Shown here: positions 27,301-40,931 of the stretch, piece after piece
How positions within the stretch are numbered: the stretch's first letter is position 1
How the letters are laid out: the number at the start of each line of letters is the position of its first letter
Source: Balanoglossus misakiensis
Lineage: Eukaryota; Animalia; Hemichordata
Reading direction: 5' to 3'
Assembly: GCA_040954595.2 (NCBI GenBank)
Contig: CM082590.2
Span: 248,001 to 312,000, forward strand
Length of the DNA stretch: 64,000 nucleotides
Notes under the pieces: model-generated
What the model saw: the letters and a program-made list of their open reading frames with translations, nothing else
Told to the model about the DNA's origin: nothing
Databases searched by the model: none
Translations under genes and position numbers: made by a program

Positions 27301-30300
27301 TTTATGTAGGGACGTATGCCTTAATTCCAGTCTTACGTCCTTCCTTCCAGCGAAATCCCTGAGCAGTGAGAAAAGTCCCATCAAAGCCAGTGGTGGCAAC
27401 TTGGATGAAGTGAGTGAAATCATTGAAGCCGTCACTGAGGGACGGATGGCTGTAGATACAGACATGTTATAGAAAGGTAAAGTCTGCATTTTTAACACTC
27501 CCTCAAGCACCTAAACCCTTTCACCGCCATGTTCCAGTCCAAACCCATCGTTTTCTATGGTAAGGTTGGACCTCTAAAGAAGGAACTGGGAGTGAAAGGG
27601 GCTAACCTATTAGATATTCTCACCAAACAAACAGAAACACGAGTGGGATAAGAAGGAACGGACCCAATGTTAATTATATAGATCCACATTTTTGGTAATA
27701 TGTAACAGGTTTGACCTGAGTGCGAGCGCAGCAAGCTATCGTGCATATATTCACATTGTTGTCAACACTCCACTTTCCACATGCATGCTTCGTCAACTTT
27801 TTGAGAGTTTGTCCCTTTAATGTGTAGATCTCTGAAAGACATTTACCATACACTAGTATGTTATATCAGAGAGGACATTAGACCTTTATTCATCACTCAC
27901 CTAGGTAGCAAAAACCTATTTCAGGTAGTGAGAATTCCATCAGTATGATTGTGTTATACCCTTTACTCCACTGAATGTATATTTCTCTTTAATTACACAT
28001 TGTCACAGATGCGAATTAGGCTGGTCAACGGCAGGGCTGCTTATTGATTGGCTGGAGCTCCTGGACCCCGAGATTGTGCAAAGTTGCCCTCAACTGCAAC
28101 ACCAGTTACTCTTTGTCAAGACGCACAAACCCAGAACAGAGGGCAAAGTTCAAAGTTCGTGCAGTGCTTATTTGCTGGCACTGTTGAGCCACCAGAGTAA
28201 TTGGCAGACTTTGCATAAATGTATCGATTGGTTACTCAAACCAAGGACAGACTCAACTAGGTGAGAAATTGTATCATACTTCTTCAGGTTGATCTTTGTA
28301 CACAGAAAATCGTGTAAAGATCTGAAAATGCCTCATGTGGAGAATGAGTTGCCAATATATGAGGCTTAGTGCTTAATTTAATGTAGAATTTCGATATAAC
28401 ACTGAAGTCTAGCTTGCCATTTTCGTGAATTTTTTGGGGGGAAACTAGAATAGGTGCAGAGTTTGACAGAAATTGTAACTTTTGTGCCGTTTAACACAGT
28501 GAGCGATGTGCTGTTAGTCCTAAGGCTTGCCAGATGGAAACAGAGCCACTCACCATCAGTGCGTACATCATGTTCCTCTCCAAATATTCTTCGACCAATC
28601 AGCTTCATGAAATGGCCGACCTTGCATTGGTAAGATGATGATTTGTGTATTTCCAGTATGAGTCGTGGAGACCTCTGGTAGAAACAAATAAAGACATATG
28701 ATTGTGAATCATACATACAGGTTCTGGGTGAGGGCTACACACAAATAGTATTAGAACAAAAACAGTTGAAAATGCAAAAGTCTGTGATCTATATATCAAA
28801 CAGTATTTTCATTGGAGTATGTGCAAAAAAAAAAGAGTAAGTTTATAGAAAGTTCTAAGCATGAACCAAGTGATTTTTATTTGAATATGATTATGTGTGT
28901 TGTTATTGTTGTTGTTGTTTTGACAAACATATTTGATTTTACTTCACTGCTACCTTTCTGATTCTAGGATTTAGCTCAGTTGATTGTAGAAAGGCCCACC
29001 ATACTCAGCTCCATGCTGTGTAGAGACACCAGTGCCGACCAGACCAACACTATGTACACTGACATCCATGTTACATATATTCTACAATTACTTGAAGAAA
29101 GCCACACAGCCCCATGCGGAATCTTACTCATGGGTGAGTGTCAATCAATTACTTCCAGAGCAGGTCTTCAAATCTCGTTCAACTTCTAGTTCATTGTCTT
29201 GCAAATTGTTCATGGTTCACATTTGTTGCCATGCAGTGTTTTATAAAAGTGACATGAAAAGGTAAAAAAATATATAATAATCTGTCTGTTAGCAGTTTCT
29301 CTGTCATTCTTTCATTGTGTCACTACATGTACAAAAGTTGAGACGAAAACCAGTTTTATTCTGTCGTGCCACCCACAGTCAGATTTCGTGATATTGTCAG
29401 ATTTCATGATAAAACAAGAAAAAAAAACATTTAATAAGAGTTACATGTATAACCACTGTAACAGTAGTAAGTTTTTATTGCTGACCACTATATGAAGCAG
29501 CAACATAATTGAGCTCAGCATGGAGATCTCAGAATGGCAGAAAAGTCAATTTTTGTAGCCAATTGAATTTCAAATTTATTCTGTGCCGTCTTTCAGCTTA
29601 ATCAAGTATGACCTTAATATGGCTTCAATGTTTTCCCAAATTTTAATATAGAATGCTCCACTGTCCAGTGTTCATCCCCATTCAATGTATACATTGTATA
29701 GATCCAACCATACTATTGTAAAAGGGGAAATTTTTGCGAATTTCTTGAGAGCCAAAAAACGTGAAAATAAATGGTCGCAAAGAAACAATGTGAGCAATGG
29801 AATAGTCAGCTCTCTTGTGATATCACAAAAATTTCCTGTTTTACAGTAATTTTATGCTATAAATTGCAACCCAGCAGTTTTTGTGAAGAGGTGCAGTATT
29901 TGTCATGGCCTGATCGGTTAATCTGTTGTTGCACCATTTACATGTGATATTTCGTGGAAATATCTGCCAATCTGTGTGTCAATTAAACTTGGGATCTTTT
30001 CTCACCAAACTTTTGTTGTTTTCATCCTGAATTTGTCATTTTTTTCAGCCCTGGAAGACTTGGAACCAGCTCAGTTGGTCTTGTTTGTGCAGTCCTTTGG
30101 TATACCAGTCAACAGCATGAGGTATGTTGTAACTCTAGAATTATTCCTCATCAAAGCTACCGTACATCCCAATTTCCATACTTGGTTTAAATTACAACTT
30201 TAGAGATTTACTCTTCGGTGTTGTGAGTTATCTCTCATTGTGGTGGTGCTTTTCAGTAGCCAAAGACACTCTGTGATCTTTCAAGCAGGACTATTAAAAA

Positions 30301-33300
30301 AACTGGGTGTGTGTGTTATAATTAAGTCATACAACAAACCACATATTAAGGTCATTTGGCCCACAAGTATGAATACACATGATCTGCTATAAACATGATG
30401 CTAGCACCATATTCACAAAGATTTTGTCATGATGTGCCGTGATCTGGCCCTGTAACACACATACACATGTAACACTTCTGTTTCTTTTCACAGCAAACTA
30501 CTGCAGCATCTCGACATGGCCTGCAGACAAGATCTGTACAGTATGGAACAGGCTGTGGTTGACAAAGGATACATGGCTCAGTTAGTGGAAGTTCAACAGA
30601 TGAGAGGAGCAGAAGGTGGAAAAAAATTCATTCCTGGATAAAGAGAACAAAGGTACTAGTATTTGTGTTGTGAAATAGTGTCTCAAAAGTTAAGTCATAC
30701 ATATAGAATTCTTCAACTTTGGACATTATTAGGATTTTATATTTTTAGGTTAGTGTAATCTTGGTAATTTTTGTGATGGGAAATTTTTCGCGATATTAAC
30801 AGAGGTGACTATTTCATGACAATTAATTGTTTGCGTTCTCTTATTTCACTAACTGATTTGCAAAGCTAGATATTCCAGTTTCTTCTCATAAAGTAAATAA
30901 TATTTCCTGGACATAACACAATTTTTATTTGCAGATGAGGAAAAGAAAGAGGAGAAAAGTGAGGCAATGCAGGTGGATGAAAAGAAAGATGTTGCAGCCA
31001 AGATGGATGCAAGAAAAGTCACTGTAGATAGTCAAGAGTCAGCCAAGATGATCTTCCTGAAGGTAAGTTTGGTTTAGAAATAAAGTGGACCCTTTTCCAA
31101 GTGGCTTTTCAGTAAATCATGGTTTCTCAGTCAAATCAAGGCCAATGGGCACAGTATAGCTCCTTCTGTAGTCACCTGAAGTTGCAAGGCTTCTTAAACC
31201 AGGTCATGTTCTTTTGAACCAAAACACAACTGATCATGTCTCATGTTACAATTAAAAGCTGATCTTGTGTCATCAGACATGGACGACTTTCCAAACACCA
31301 CAAAACTTATCAGGCTGGGTAATTTAATAGTTCTTCTTTAAGTTTTATGGCCGTTGTGTGAAAATGGTTGGACAGCAAAATCTACCTAATCTGGAAACCT
31401 CTCTACACTGTACTGGGACTCTTTTCCAACTTCATACTCAAAATCAGTCACTTCCACTTTTGCAGTATCATTGCTAATGAGTGAGTGATTTCTTCTCCTT
31501 TGATTATATTTACAGCTATTCAGTATTGGTGAGCACAAATTGAGTGCATCAACGGAAAGACAATATCTGAGAGGCATACAATTGGTATGTACATGTAATA
31601 TTTGATCTTAAAACAATTACACTTCCCAGAAGAAATATGATATGTTAAGGTATATTGTCACCTATGGTAATTTAACTACAGTTACCATGGTACACTTGAG
31701 ATCTAGCCAATCACAGATTTTCAGTGGGTGGCACACGCGAAAAAAAGAGCGCCGCCATATGTCCTTTAGAACGCTCAAATACGCCATTTCAGCCATATAT
31801 GGGCGTATGTAAATTATAGGTGACTGTATACCTTTGCGGCAACTTTATCATTTTATGAGAAGATTATGAACTATACTTTGTAAAGGCCGACAGATTTCTC
31901 AGTGACTGGCCAGGTTTCCTAATAAATGATATTAATATTTTGCCATCATTTCTCACACAGACACTGTCCAGGGAAATCTCCAGGCTGAAATTGTTTGATT
32001 CATCAGAGAATTCTGGTGATCACATCATTCTGGCAATGCAAGAAATCCTAACATCAAGTGATGAGAGTCAGTTTATTTATAATCTACACAGAAAACATCA
32101 TTTGTCATGTCTATTGTTCAGTTTGCTTCACCAACGACAGGTAATTGCATGTTAATTTTATAGTAAGATTACTTACATTCAAACATATTTTCATTTGTTC
32201 GAGAATTTGAAATTCAATTTGAGTTTCTCAAGTCAGTAGGCTTATAGTGTTATTCCATATATTGGAGAAGTTGAAATTTGATTTGAGTTGCAACTTCCGT
32301 TCAGCTTCCAAAATATTATTCCTCAAATTATGAGACATTTACAGTGGAATATATACAGGGGAATATAAATAATAAGTTGACATATTTATTAAAACATTCT
32401 CTTACATTTTTGACTTCTTACATGATAGATAATTATGATTATTTGACTTCACTAAGGGAAGAGGTCCATTTCAAGTAGGCGGTACCCGGTTCCCCCAGCG
32501 CTCGCATTCGCACGGTATACCTCCTCTCATATGACGTGAATGAGTTGAATTTGATACAGTTTACGTACGTACAGTCGCACTCTTGGGAATTGCAAGTTAC
32601 GTGGTGATATCAGTATCACGCCAATGAAAAGATTACGTCTGCGTGACCCCCTGATTGTTCGAGCGCGAACTCTCTCTCCCTCTCTCTCTCTCATTCAACA
32701 GCTCTCAGTCCAAAACAGACATGAAAGTTCAAAACTGACATAATCATGCACAATTCTCACTCTCACTCCTTTATATCATTTAGAAACATCTTGAAAAGAA
32801 GGAAGATATGATGAGATTTGTCCAGCTAGTGTCTGCAATTTTGAGTTCATCAAAGTCTGAAAACAGTGTGTTTACAAAACTTCTCAACCAGTATGAAAAA
32901 GTCAACAGACAACAAGGTGAGCTGTTTATTTCACTTACCTCAAGCAGTGAAATAATTCTCAAAACCATACACAAACTGTAACTTGAGCGTTTTCACTATA
33001 TCACACAGGATAAATAGAAAAATTCTACATACTTTCAAGTTTGTACAATGCATTTATTCTTTGATATCAAAAGACGCCAGACGCGCTCAAGCGCAAATAC
33101 GTTGGCATTCAATTTTCCAGATGACAGGCAACTTCAGCAACGTGGTGCAGACAAAGACTGTGCAGACAAAATGCCATGAGGCTGATGAGGTACTATACCT
33201 GATACATGTTACATGTCTGGCGGTTCTTAAGTACTTACATACGTGGAAAACTTTTACTGGATGCCACTATGTTGTTTGCCGTCACCTGGAAATGACAATG

Positions 33301-36300
33301 CTGCAGGTCACATGGCCAGATCACATGACATAAAGAATTCTTAACTGGATTCGTACACTCCTGGAAATTCCTGGAATTTGAAAACCTTCCCAGAAACTCC
33401 ATTAACCATTTGTGGTATCATGTCCAAATGTCCTCCCTTTATGTAGGGACGTATGCCTTAATTCCAGTCTTACGTCCTTCCTTCCAGCGAAATCCCTGAG
33501 CAGTGAGAAAAGTCCCATCAAAGCCAGTGGTGGCAACTTGGATGAAGTGAGTGAAATCATTGAAGCCGTCACTGAGGGACGGATGGCTGTAGATACAGAC
33601 ATGTTATAGAAAGGTAAAGTCTACATTTTTAACACTCCCTCAAGCACCTGAACCCTTTCACCGCCATGTTCCAGTCCAAACCCATCGTTTTCTATGGTAA
33701 GGTTGGACCTCTAAAGAAGGAACTGGGAGTGAAAGGGGCTAACCTATTAGATATTCTCACCAAACAAACAGAAACACGAGTGGGATAAGAAGGAACGGAC
33801 CCAATGTTAATTATATAGATCCACATTTTGGTAATATGTTACATTGTTGTCAACACTCCACTTTCCACATGCATGCTTCGTCAACTTTTTCGCGGTCAAC
33901 TGAAGGCTTTGCAATACTTTGTCAAAGACATTCTGTTTCTGTGATAGCTTCAGATTATCTACATGTATTTATTGGTGGGTTTCATTCTCACAAGGTCATT
34001 GTGGTTGTCTAGTTGTGGTTAAACATGATTTAGGCTCAAAAAGAATAAATGGTGTCGTTTAAGTGGCACCATACACATGTAATGTTATTTCTAAGTCTCG
34101 CGTTATTTGGTGTGATTTCGTATGATTCAATATGCGCACGCTATAATTGTAATTCATTCACATTTTTTATGGTATGATCATGTTAATGATACATTTTATG
34201 ATTGGGTGAATTTTGTTTGACTTTGCACCATATGCAGTGTATCACCAGCTGACAGGCGCCAATTCCAGCCAACTAGAAGAGTTTCTGAATAAAGCCTTAT
34301 CTGTTGCTATGCAAGTGCCAACAAAATCATCCAGCACCAGTGAAGCATTGAGTGAGTTGTTGTTACAAGAGCAGTCCAGATTGATTGACAAGTAAGTCCA
34401 AATTTATCTCAAGACTCATCTGTCTGGTAGCTTTGAGTTTTGGGTTTTATGTTCCTGGGATCACCTTGTCTGTATTTCTTTTTAATAAAGAACAGTTTTG
34501 TACTTGCAAGACATAAATCAAAAAATGCATATTTATAACTGTATGCCAGCTATGATATTTAAAGGGACAAAGTCTCTCTCTCGCTGCCCTTTTTCCATAC
34601 ATTATGTTTGATACAAGACACCATTTATGTTATTCTACATGTGGATATATAGTGAATCAATGTTCGACCACACACAACTTCCATCCCGTTTGTAGGATAT
34701 GAGAGTAAAAATCTCCCCAAAATGAATTAACTGTAGAGAGTTTGTCCCTTTAATGTGTAGATCTCTGAAAGACATTTACCATACACTAGTATGTTATATC
34801 AGAGAGGACATTAGACCTTTATTCATCACTCACCTAGGTAGCAAAAACCTATTTCAGGTAGTGAGAATTCCATCAGTATGATTGTGTTATACCCTTTACT
34901 CCACTGACTGTATATTTCTCTTTAATTACACATTGTCACAGATGCGAATTAGGCTGGTCAACGGCAGGGCTGCTTATTGATTGGCTGGAGCTCCTGGACC
35001 CCGAGATTGTGCAAAGTTGCCCTCAACTGCAACACCAGTTACTCTTTGTCAAGACGCACAAACCCAGAACAGAGGGCAAAGTTCAAAGTTCGTGCAGTGC
35101 TTATATGCTGGCACTGTTGAGCCACCAGAGCAATTGGCAGACTTTGCATAAATGTATCGATTGGTTACTCAAACCAAGGACAGACTCAACTAGGTGAGAA
35201 ATTGTATCATACTTCTTCAGGTTGATCTTTGTACACAGAAAATCGTGTAAAGATCTGAAAATGCCTCATGTGGAGAATGAGTTGCCAATATATGAGGCTT
35301 AGTGCTTAATTTAATGTAGAATTTCAATATAACACTGAAGTCTAGCTTGCCATTTTCGTGAACTTTTTGGGGGGAAACTAGAATAGGTGCAGAGTTTGAC
35401 AGAAATTGTAACTTTTGTGCCGTTTAACACAGTGAGCGATGTGCTGTTAGTCCTAAGGCTTGCCAGATGGAAACAGAGCCACTCACCATCAGTGCGTACA
35501 TCATGTTCCTCTCCAAATATTCTTCGACCAATCAGCTTCATGAAATGGCCGACCTTGCATTGGTAAGATGATGATTTGTGTATTTCCAGTATGAGTCGTG
35601 GAGACCTCTGGTAGAAACAAATAAAGACATATGATTGTGAATCATACATACAGGTTCTGGGTGAGGGCTACACACAAATAGTATTAGAACAAAAACAGTT
35701 GAAAATGCAAAAGTCTGTGATCTATATATCAAACAGTATTTTCATTGGAGTATGTGCAAAAAAAAAGAGTAAGTTTATAGAAAGTTCTAAGCATGAACCA
35801 AGTGATTTTTATTTGAATATGATTATGTGTGTTGTTATTGTTGTTGTTGTTTTGACAAACATATTTGATTTTACTTCACTGCTACCTTTCTGATTCTAGG
35901 ATTTAGCTCAGTTGATTGTAGAAAGGCCCACCATACTCAGCTCCATGCTGTGTAGAGACACCAGTGCCGACCAGACCAACACTATGTACACTGACATCCA
36001 TGTTACATATATTCTACAATTACTTGAAGAAAGCCACACAGCCCCATGCGGAATCTTACTCATGGGTGAGTGTCAATCAATTACTTCCAGAGCAGGTCTT
36101 CAAATCTCGTTCAACTTCTAGTTCATTGTCTTGCAAATTGTTCATGGTTCACATTTGTTGCCATGCAGTGTTTTATAAAAGTGACATGAAAAGGTAAAAA
36201 AATTATAATAATATGTCTGTTAGCAGTTTCTCTGTCATTCTTTCATTGTGTCACTACATGTACAAAAGTTGAGACGAAAACCAGTTTTATTCTGTCGTGC

Positions 36301-39300
36301 CACCCACAGTCAGATTTCGTGATATTGTCAGATTTCATGATAAAACAAGAAAAAAAAACATTTAATAAGAGTTACATGTATAACCACTGTAACAGTAGTA
36401 AGTTTTTATTGCTGACCACTATATGAAGCAGCAACATAATTGAGCTCAGCATGGAGATCTCAGAATGGCAGAAAAGTCAATTTTTGTAGCCAATTGAATT
36501 TCAAATTTATTCTGTGCCGACTTTCAGCTTAATCAAGTATGACCTTAATATGGCTTCAATGTTTTCCCAAATTTTAATATAGAATGCTCCACTGTCCAGT
36601 GTTCATCCCCATTCAATGTATACATTGTATAGATCCAACCATACTATTGTAAAAGGGGAAATTTTTGCGAATTTCGTGAGAGCCAAAAAACGTGAAAATA
36701 AATGGTCGCAAAGAAACAATGTGAGCAATGGAATAGTCAGCTTTCTTGTGATATCACAAAAATTTCCTGTTTTACAGTAATTTTATGCTATAAATTGCAA
36801 CCCAGCAGTTTTTGTGAAGAGGTGCAGTATTTGTCATGGCCTGATCGGTTAATCTGTTGTTGCACCATTTACATGTGATATTTCGTGGAAATATCTGCCA
36901 ATCTGTGTGTCAATTCAACTTGGGATCTTTTCTCACCAAACTTTTGTTGTTTTCATCCTGAATTTGTCATTTTTTTCAGCCCTGGAAGACTTGGAACCAG
37001 CTCAGTTGGTCTTGTTTGTGCAGTCCTTTGGTATACCAGTCAACAGCATGAGGTATGTTGTAATTCTAGAATTATTCCTCATCAAAGCTACCGTACAACA
37101 AACCACATATTAAGGTCATTTGGCCCACAAGTATGAATACACATGATCTGCTATAAACATGATGCTAGCACCATATTCACAAAGATTTTGTCATGATGTG
37201 CCGTGATCTGGCCCTGTAACACACATACACATGTAACACTTCTGTTTCTTTTCACAGCAAACTACTGCAGCATCTCGACATGGCCTGCAGACAAGATCTG
37301 TACAGTATGGAACAGGCTGTGGTTGACAAAGGATACATGGCTCAGTTAGTGGAAGTTCAACAGATGAGAGGAGCAGAAGGTGGAAAAAAATTCATTCCTG
37401 GATAAAGAGAACAAAGGTACTAGTATTTGTGTTGTGAAATAGTGTCTCAAAAGTTAAGTCATACATATAGAATTCTTCAACTTTGGACATTATTAGGATT
37501 TTATATTTTTAGGTTAGTGTAATCTTGGTAATTTTTGTGATGGGAAATTTTTCGCGATATTAACAGAGGTGACTATTTCATGACAATTAATTGTTTGCGT
37601 TCTCTTATTTCACTAACTGATTTGCAAAGCTAGATATTCCAGTTTCTTCTCAGAAAGTAAATAATATTTCCTGGACATAACACAATTTTTATTTGCAGAT
37701 GAGGAAAAGAAAGAGGAGAAAAGTGAGGCAATGCAGGTGGATAAAAAGAAAGATGTTGCAGCCAAGATGGATGCAAGAAAAGTCACTGTAGATAGTCAAG
37801 AGTCAGCCAAGATGATCTTCCTGAAGGTAAGTTTGGTTTAGAAATAAAGTGGACCCTTTTCCAAGTGGCTTTTCAGTAAATCATGGTTTCTCAGTCAAAT
37901 CAAGGCCAATGGGCACAGTATAGCTCCTTCTGTAGTCACCTGAAGTTGCAAGGCTTCTTAAACCAGGTCATGTTCTTTTGAACCAAAACACAACTGATCA
38001 TGTCTCATGTTACAATCAAAAGCTGATCTTGTGTCATCAGACATGGACAACTTTCCAAACACCACAAAACTTATCAGGCTGGGTAATTTAATAGTTCTTC
38101 TTTAAGTTTTTTGGCCGTTGTGTGAAAATGGTTGGACAGCAAAATCTACCTAATCTGGAAACCTCTCTACACTGTACTGGGACTCTTTTCCAACTTCATA
38201 CTCAAAATCAGTCACTTCCACTTTTGCAGTATCATTGCTAATGAGTGAGTGATTTCTTCTCCTTTGATTATATTTACAGCTATTCAGTATTGGTGAGCAC
38301 AAATTGAGTGCATCAACGGAAAGACAATATCTGAGAGGCATACAATTGGTATGTACATGTAATATTTGATCTTAAAACAATTACACTTCCCAGAAGAAAT
38401 ATGATATGTTAAGGTATATTGTCACCTATGGTAATTTAACTACAGTTACCATGGTAAACTTGAGATCTAGCCAATCACAGATTTTCAGTGGGTGGCACAC
38501 GCGAAAAAAAGAGCGCCGCCATATGTCCTTTAGAACGCTCAAATACGCCATTTCAGCCATATATGGGCGTATGTAAATTATAGGTGACTGTATACCTTTG
38601 CGGCAACTTTATCATTTTATGAGAAGATTATGAACTATACTTTGTAAAGGCCGACAGATTTCTCAGTGACTGGCCAGGTTTCCTAACAAATGATATTAAT
38701 ATTTTGCCATCATTTCTCACACAGACACTGTCCAGGGAAATCTCCAGGCTGAAATTGTTTGATTCATCAGAGAATTCTGGTGATCACATCATTCTGGCAA
38801 TGCAAGAAATCCTAACATCAAGTGATGAGAGTCAGTTTATTTATAATCTACACAGAAAACATCATTTGTCATGTCCATTGTTCAGTTTGCTTCACCAACG
38901 ACAGGTAATTTCATGTCAATTTTATAGTAAGATTACTTACATTCAAACATATTTTCGTTTGTTCGAGAATTTGAAATTCAATTTGAGTTTCTCAAGTCAG
39001 TAGGCTTATAGTGTTATTCCATATATTGGAGAAGTTGAAATTTGATTTGAGTTGCAACTTCCGTTCAGCTTCCAAAATATTATTCCTCAAATTATGAGAC
39101 ATTTACAGGGGAATATAAATAATAAGTTGACATATTTATTAAAACATTCTCTTACATTTTTGACTTCTTACATGATAGATAATTATGATTATTTGACTTC
39201 ACTAAGGGAAGAGGTCCATTTCAAGTAGGCGGTACCCGGTTCCCCCAGCGCTCGCATTCGCACGGTATACCTCCTCTCATATGACGTGAATGAGTTGAAT

Positions 39301-39711
39301 TTGATACAGTTTACGTACGTACAGTCGCACTCTTGGGAATTGCAAGTTACGTGGTGATATCAGTATCACGCCAATGAAAAGATTACGTCTGCGTGACCCC
39401 CTGATTGTTCGAGCGCGATCTCTCTCTCCCTCTCTCTCTCTCATTCAACAGCTCTCAGTCCAAAACAGACATGAAAGTTCAAAACTGACATAATCATGCA
39501 CAATTCTCACTCTCCTTTCACCCATATGAGTACACGCTGAAGACTGTCAGCAAAATCAGAAGCCTGCAACACAACAGTACACTAACGAGGTGCTAATCAG
39601 CGCGGTATCCGGGCGGGATACATTATGCATGCAAGTTCATTAAACGCTGCTAATCGCTTTCCCGCCTGTACCGCCAGTGTACTGGGGGGGGGGGGGGACC
39701 GCGTGCCTTAC

Positions 39712-40931
39712 CAGTCAGGACGTAAGTGGGGTAATTAAAGGGAAGCGGTCGTCGCGCCGCGTGGGTGTCCCCCTTGATGAGAATATGTCCTCCCATACCA
39801 GCGCAAACCCCACTGCAGTCGCCACGACCTACTAGGATCTTCAGTTGCTGCCATGCCCAGTCTACACTACAGTTGGCTGCTTCGTTCATTCTAAGAATGA
39901 TCTAATTTGTTGTGGATGATTTGTAATGTTTATAAACAAATGCGGCGCGACGACCCCTTCACTTTAAACAGCAGGGGATCATGCAATGCAAACACTTGAA
40001 GTGGCCAGTAACGTTTGAATTGCTCATTTGCATACAGTTTTTCAACTTTTTTCACAACGAAAGTTAAGCAACTTGCAACCCATTTCTGACAATTATTTCA
40101 CCCCAGGCACATTACTGGTACTATGAGTGTACTACATGTGATTTTTCATGAAGTTTTATCGAGAAGAATTTCTTTACTTCCACTGACAAAATTGTGATCA
40201 CGAAATTCAAAGTGACCTTGAAGTTAAAAAATCAAAAAAAAAATATCAGCCATACCCACACAAAAATTAACCCCCTCAGGTTTTAGAAACATTATTAAAC
40301 TCCTCTATTCATAATTTTGACATGAATATATCCATGCCGAGAGTCAAGGACCACAATTTACAGTGCCATAGGTCAGTCCTGAGAAGTCAGTCAGCGTGGG
40401 TAGTGTATAGACTCCGTATGTAATATGCTAATGAGAGATAACGACGCGTTGAAAAGGAAGCCATTACGTCATGGGTTAACATGCGTTGACCTACTTCAAT
40501 GCATACACATATGGCAAACACGGCTGTACTCGTCGATGGCGAAGGCAATTTTACACCGTCATTACTCCACAACGGAGCGGCTCACACTATTATAATTTCA
40601 CGGTAACTTAGTTCAATATCTTCCTAACCTACCCAATTTTTTTCAAGACAAGAAATCTTTGCCGAGAGTCAAGGACCACAATTTAAACCAACATACCGAA
40701 ACTGTCTTTCTCGGGAACGCGTCGTTAAAACTTCACAAAAAATCATCCTATCATTGACTATGGTGTTTCATACACGTCTTAGAAAAATGGGTGCACTACA
40801 ATCACTTGTAGTACCGAAAATCTCCGTTTGAAAATTTTTCGAACTGGCCGTAACTGCCACTCATCGACGTTCACATTCAAATAGATCTCTTTGATCTCAC
40901 CGCCGTAATTACCCCACTTACGTCCTGACTG
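39712..40931. mobile_element. Probable non-autonomous TIR element with perfect 26-bp inverted ends
   Basis: CAGTCAGGACGTAAGTGGGGTAATTA (39712-39737) and its exact reverse complement (40906-40931). Internal direct repeat GCCGAGAGTCAAGGACCACAATTTA (about 40336 and 40661). No clear target-site duplication. Confidence 0.65.

Larger units (their letters stand above)
355..39518 (+). repeat. Head-to-tail tandem array of about 6 INTS1 exon-cassette units (355-7627, 7628-14888, 14889-21804, 21805-28524, 28525-35457, partial 35458-39518)
   Basis: The same sequence blocks and near-identical ORF translations recur (e.g. MPSFLTQTLSREIS at 4578, 10598, 18238, 25966, 31940, 38704). The junction ...GTTAGTCCTAAG|GCTTGCCAGATGG recurs at 14888, 21804, 28524 and 35457. 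Confidence 0.97.

Noticed and set aside
346-39003. Many recurring 60-116 aa ORFs (MPLRYCLSV..., MCMVLRIIS..., MSVFTISHR..., MHDSLLRSH...) as a repeated small-protein operon
   Set aside because: They are antisense or intron-spanning readings of INTS1 exons and introns, and recur only because the DNA is duplicated.
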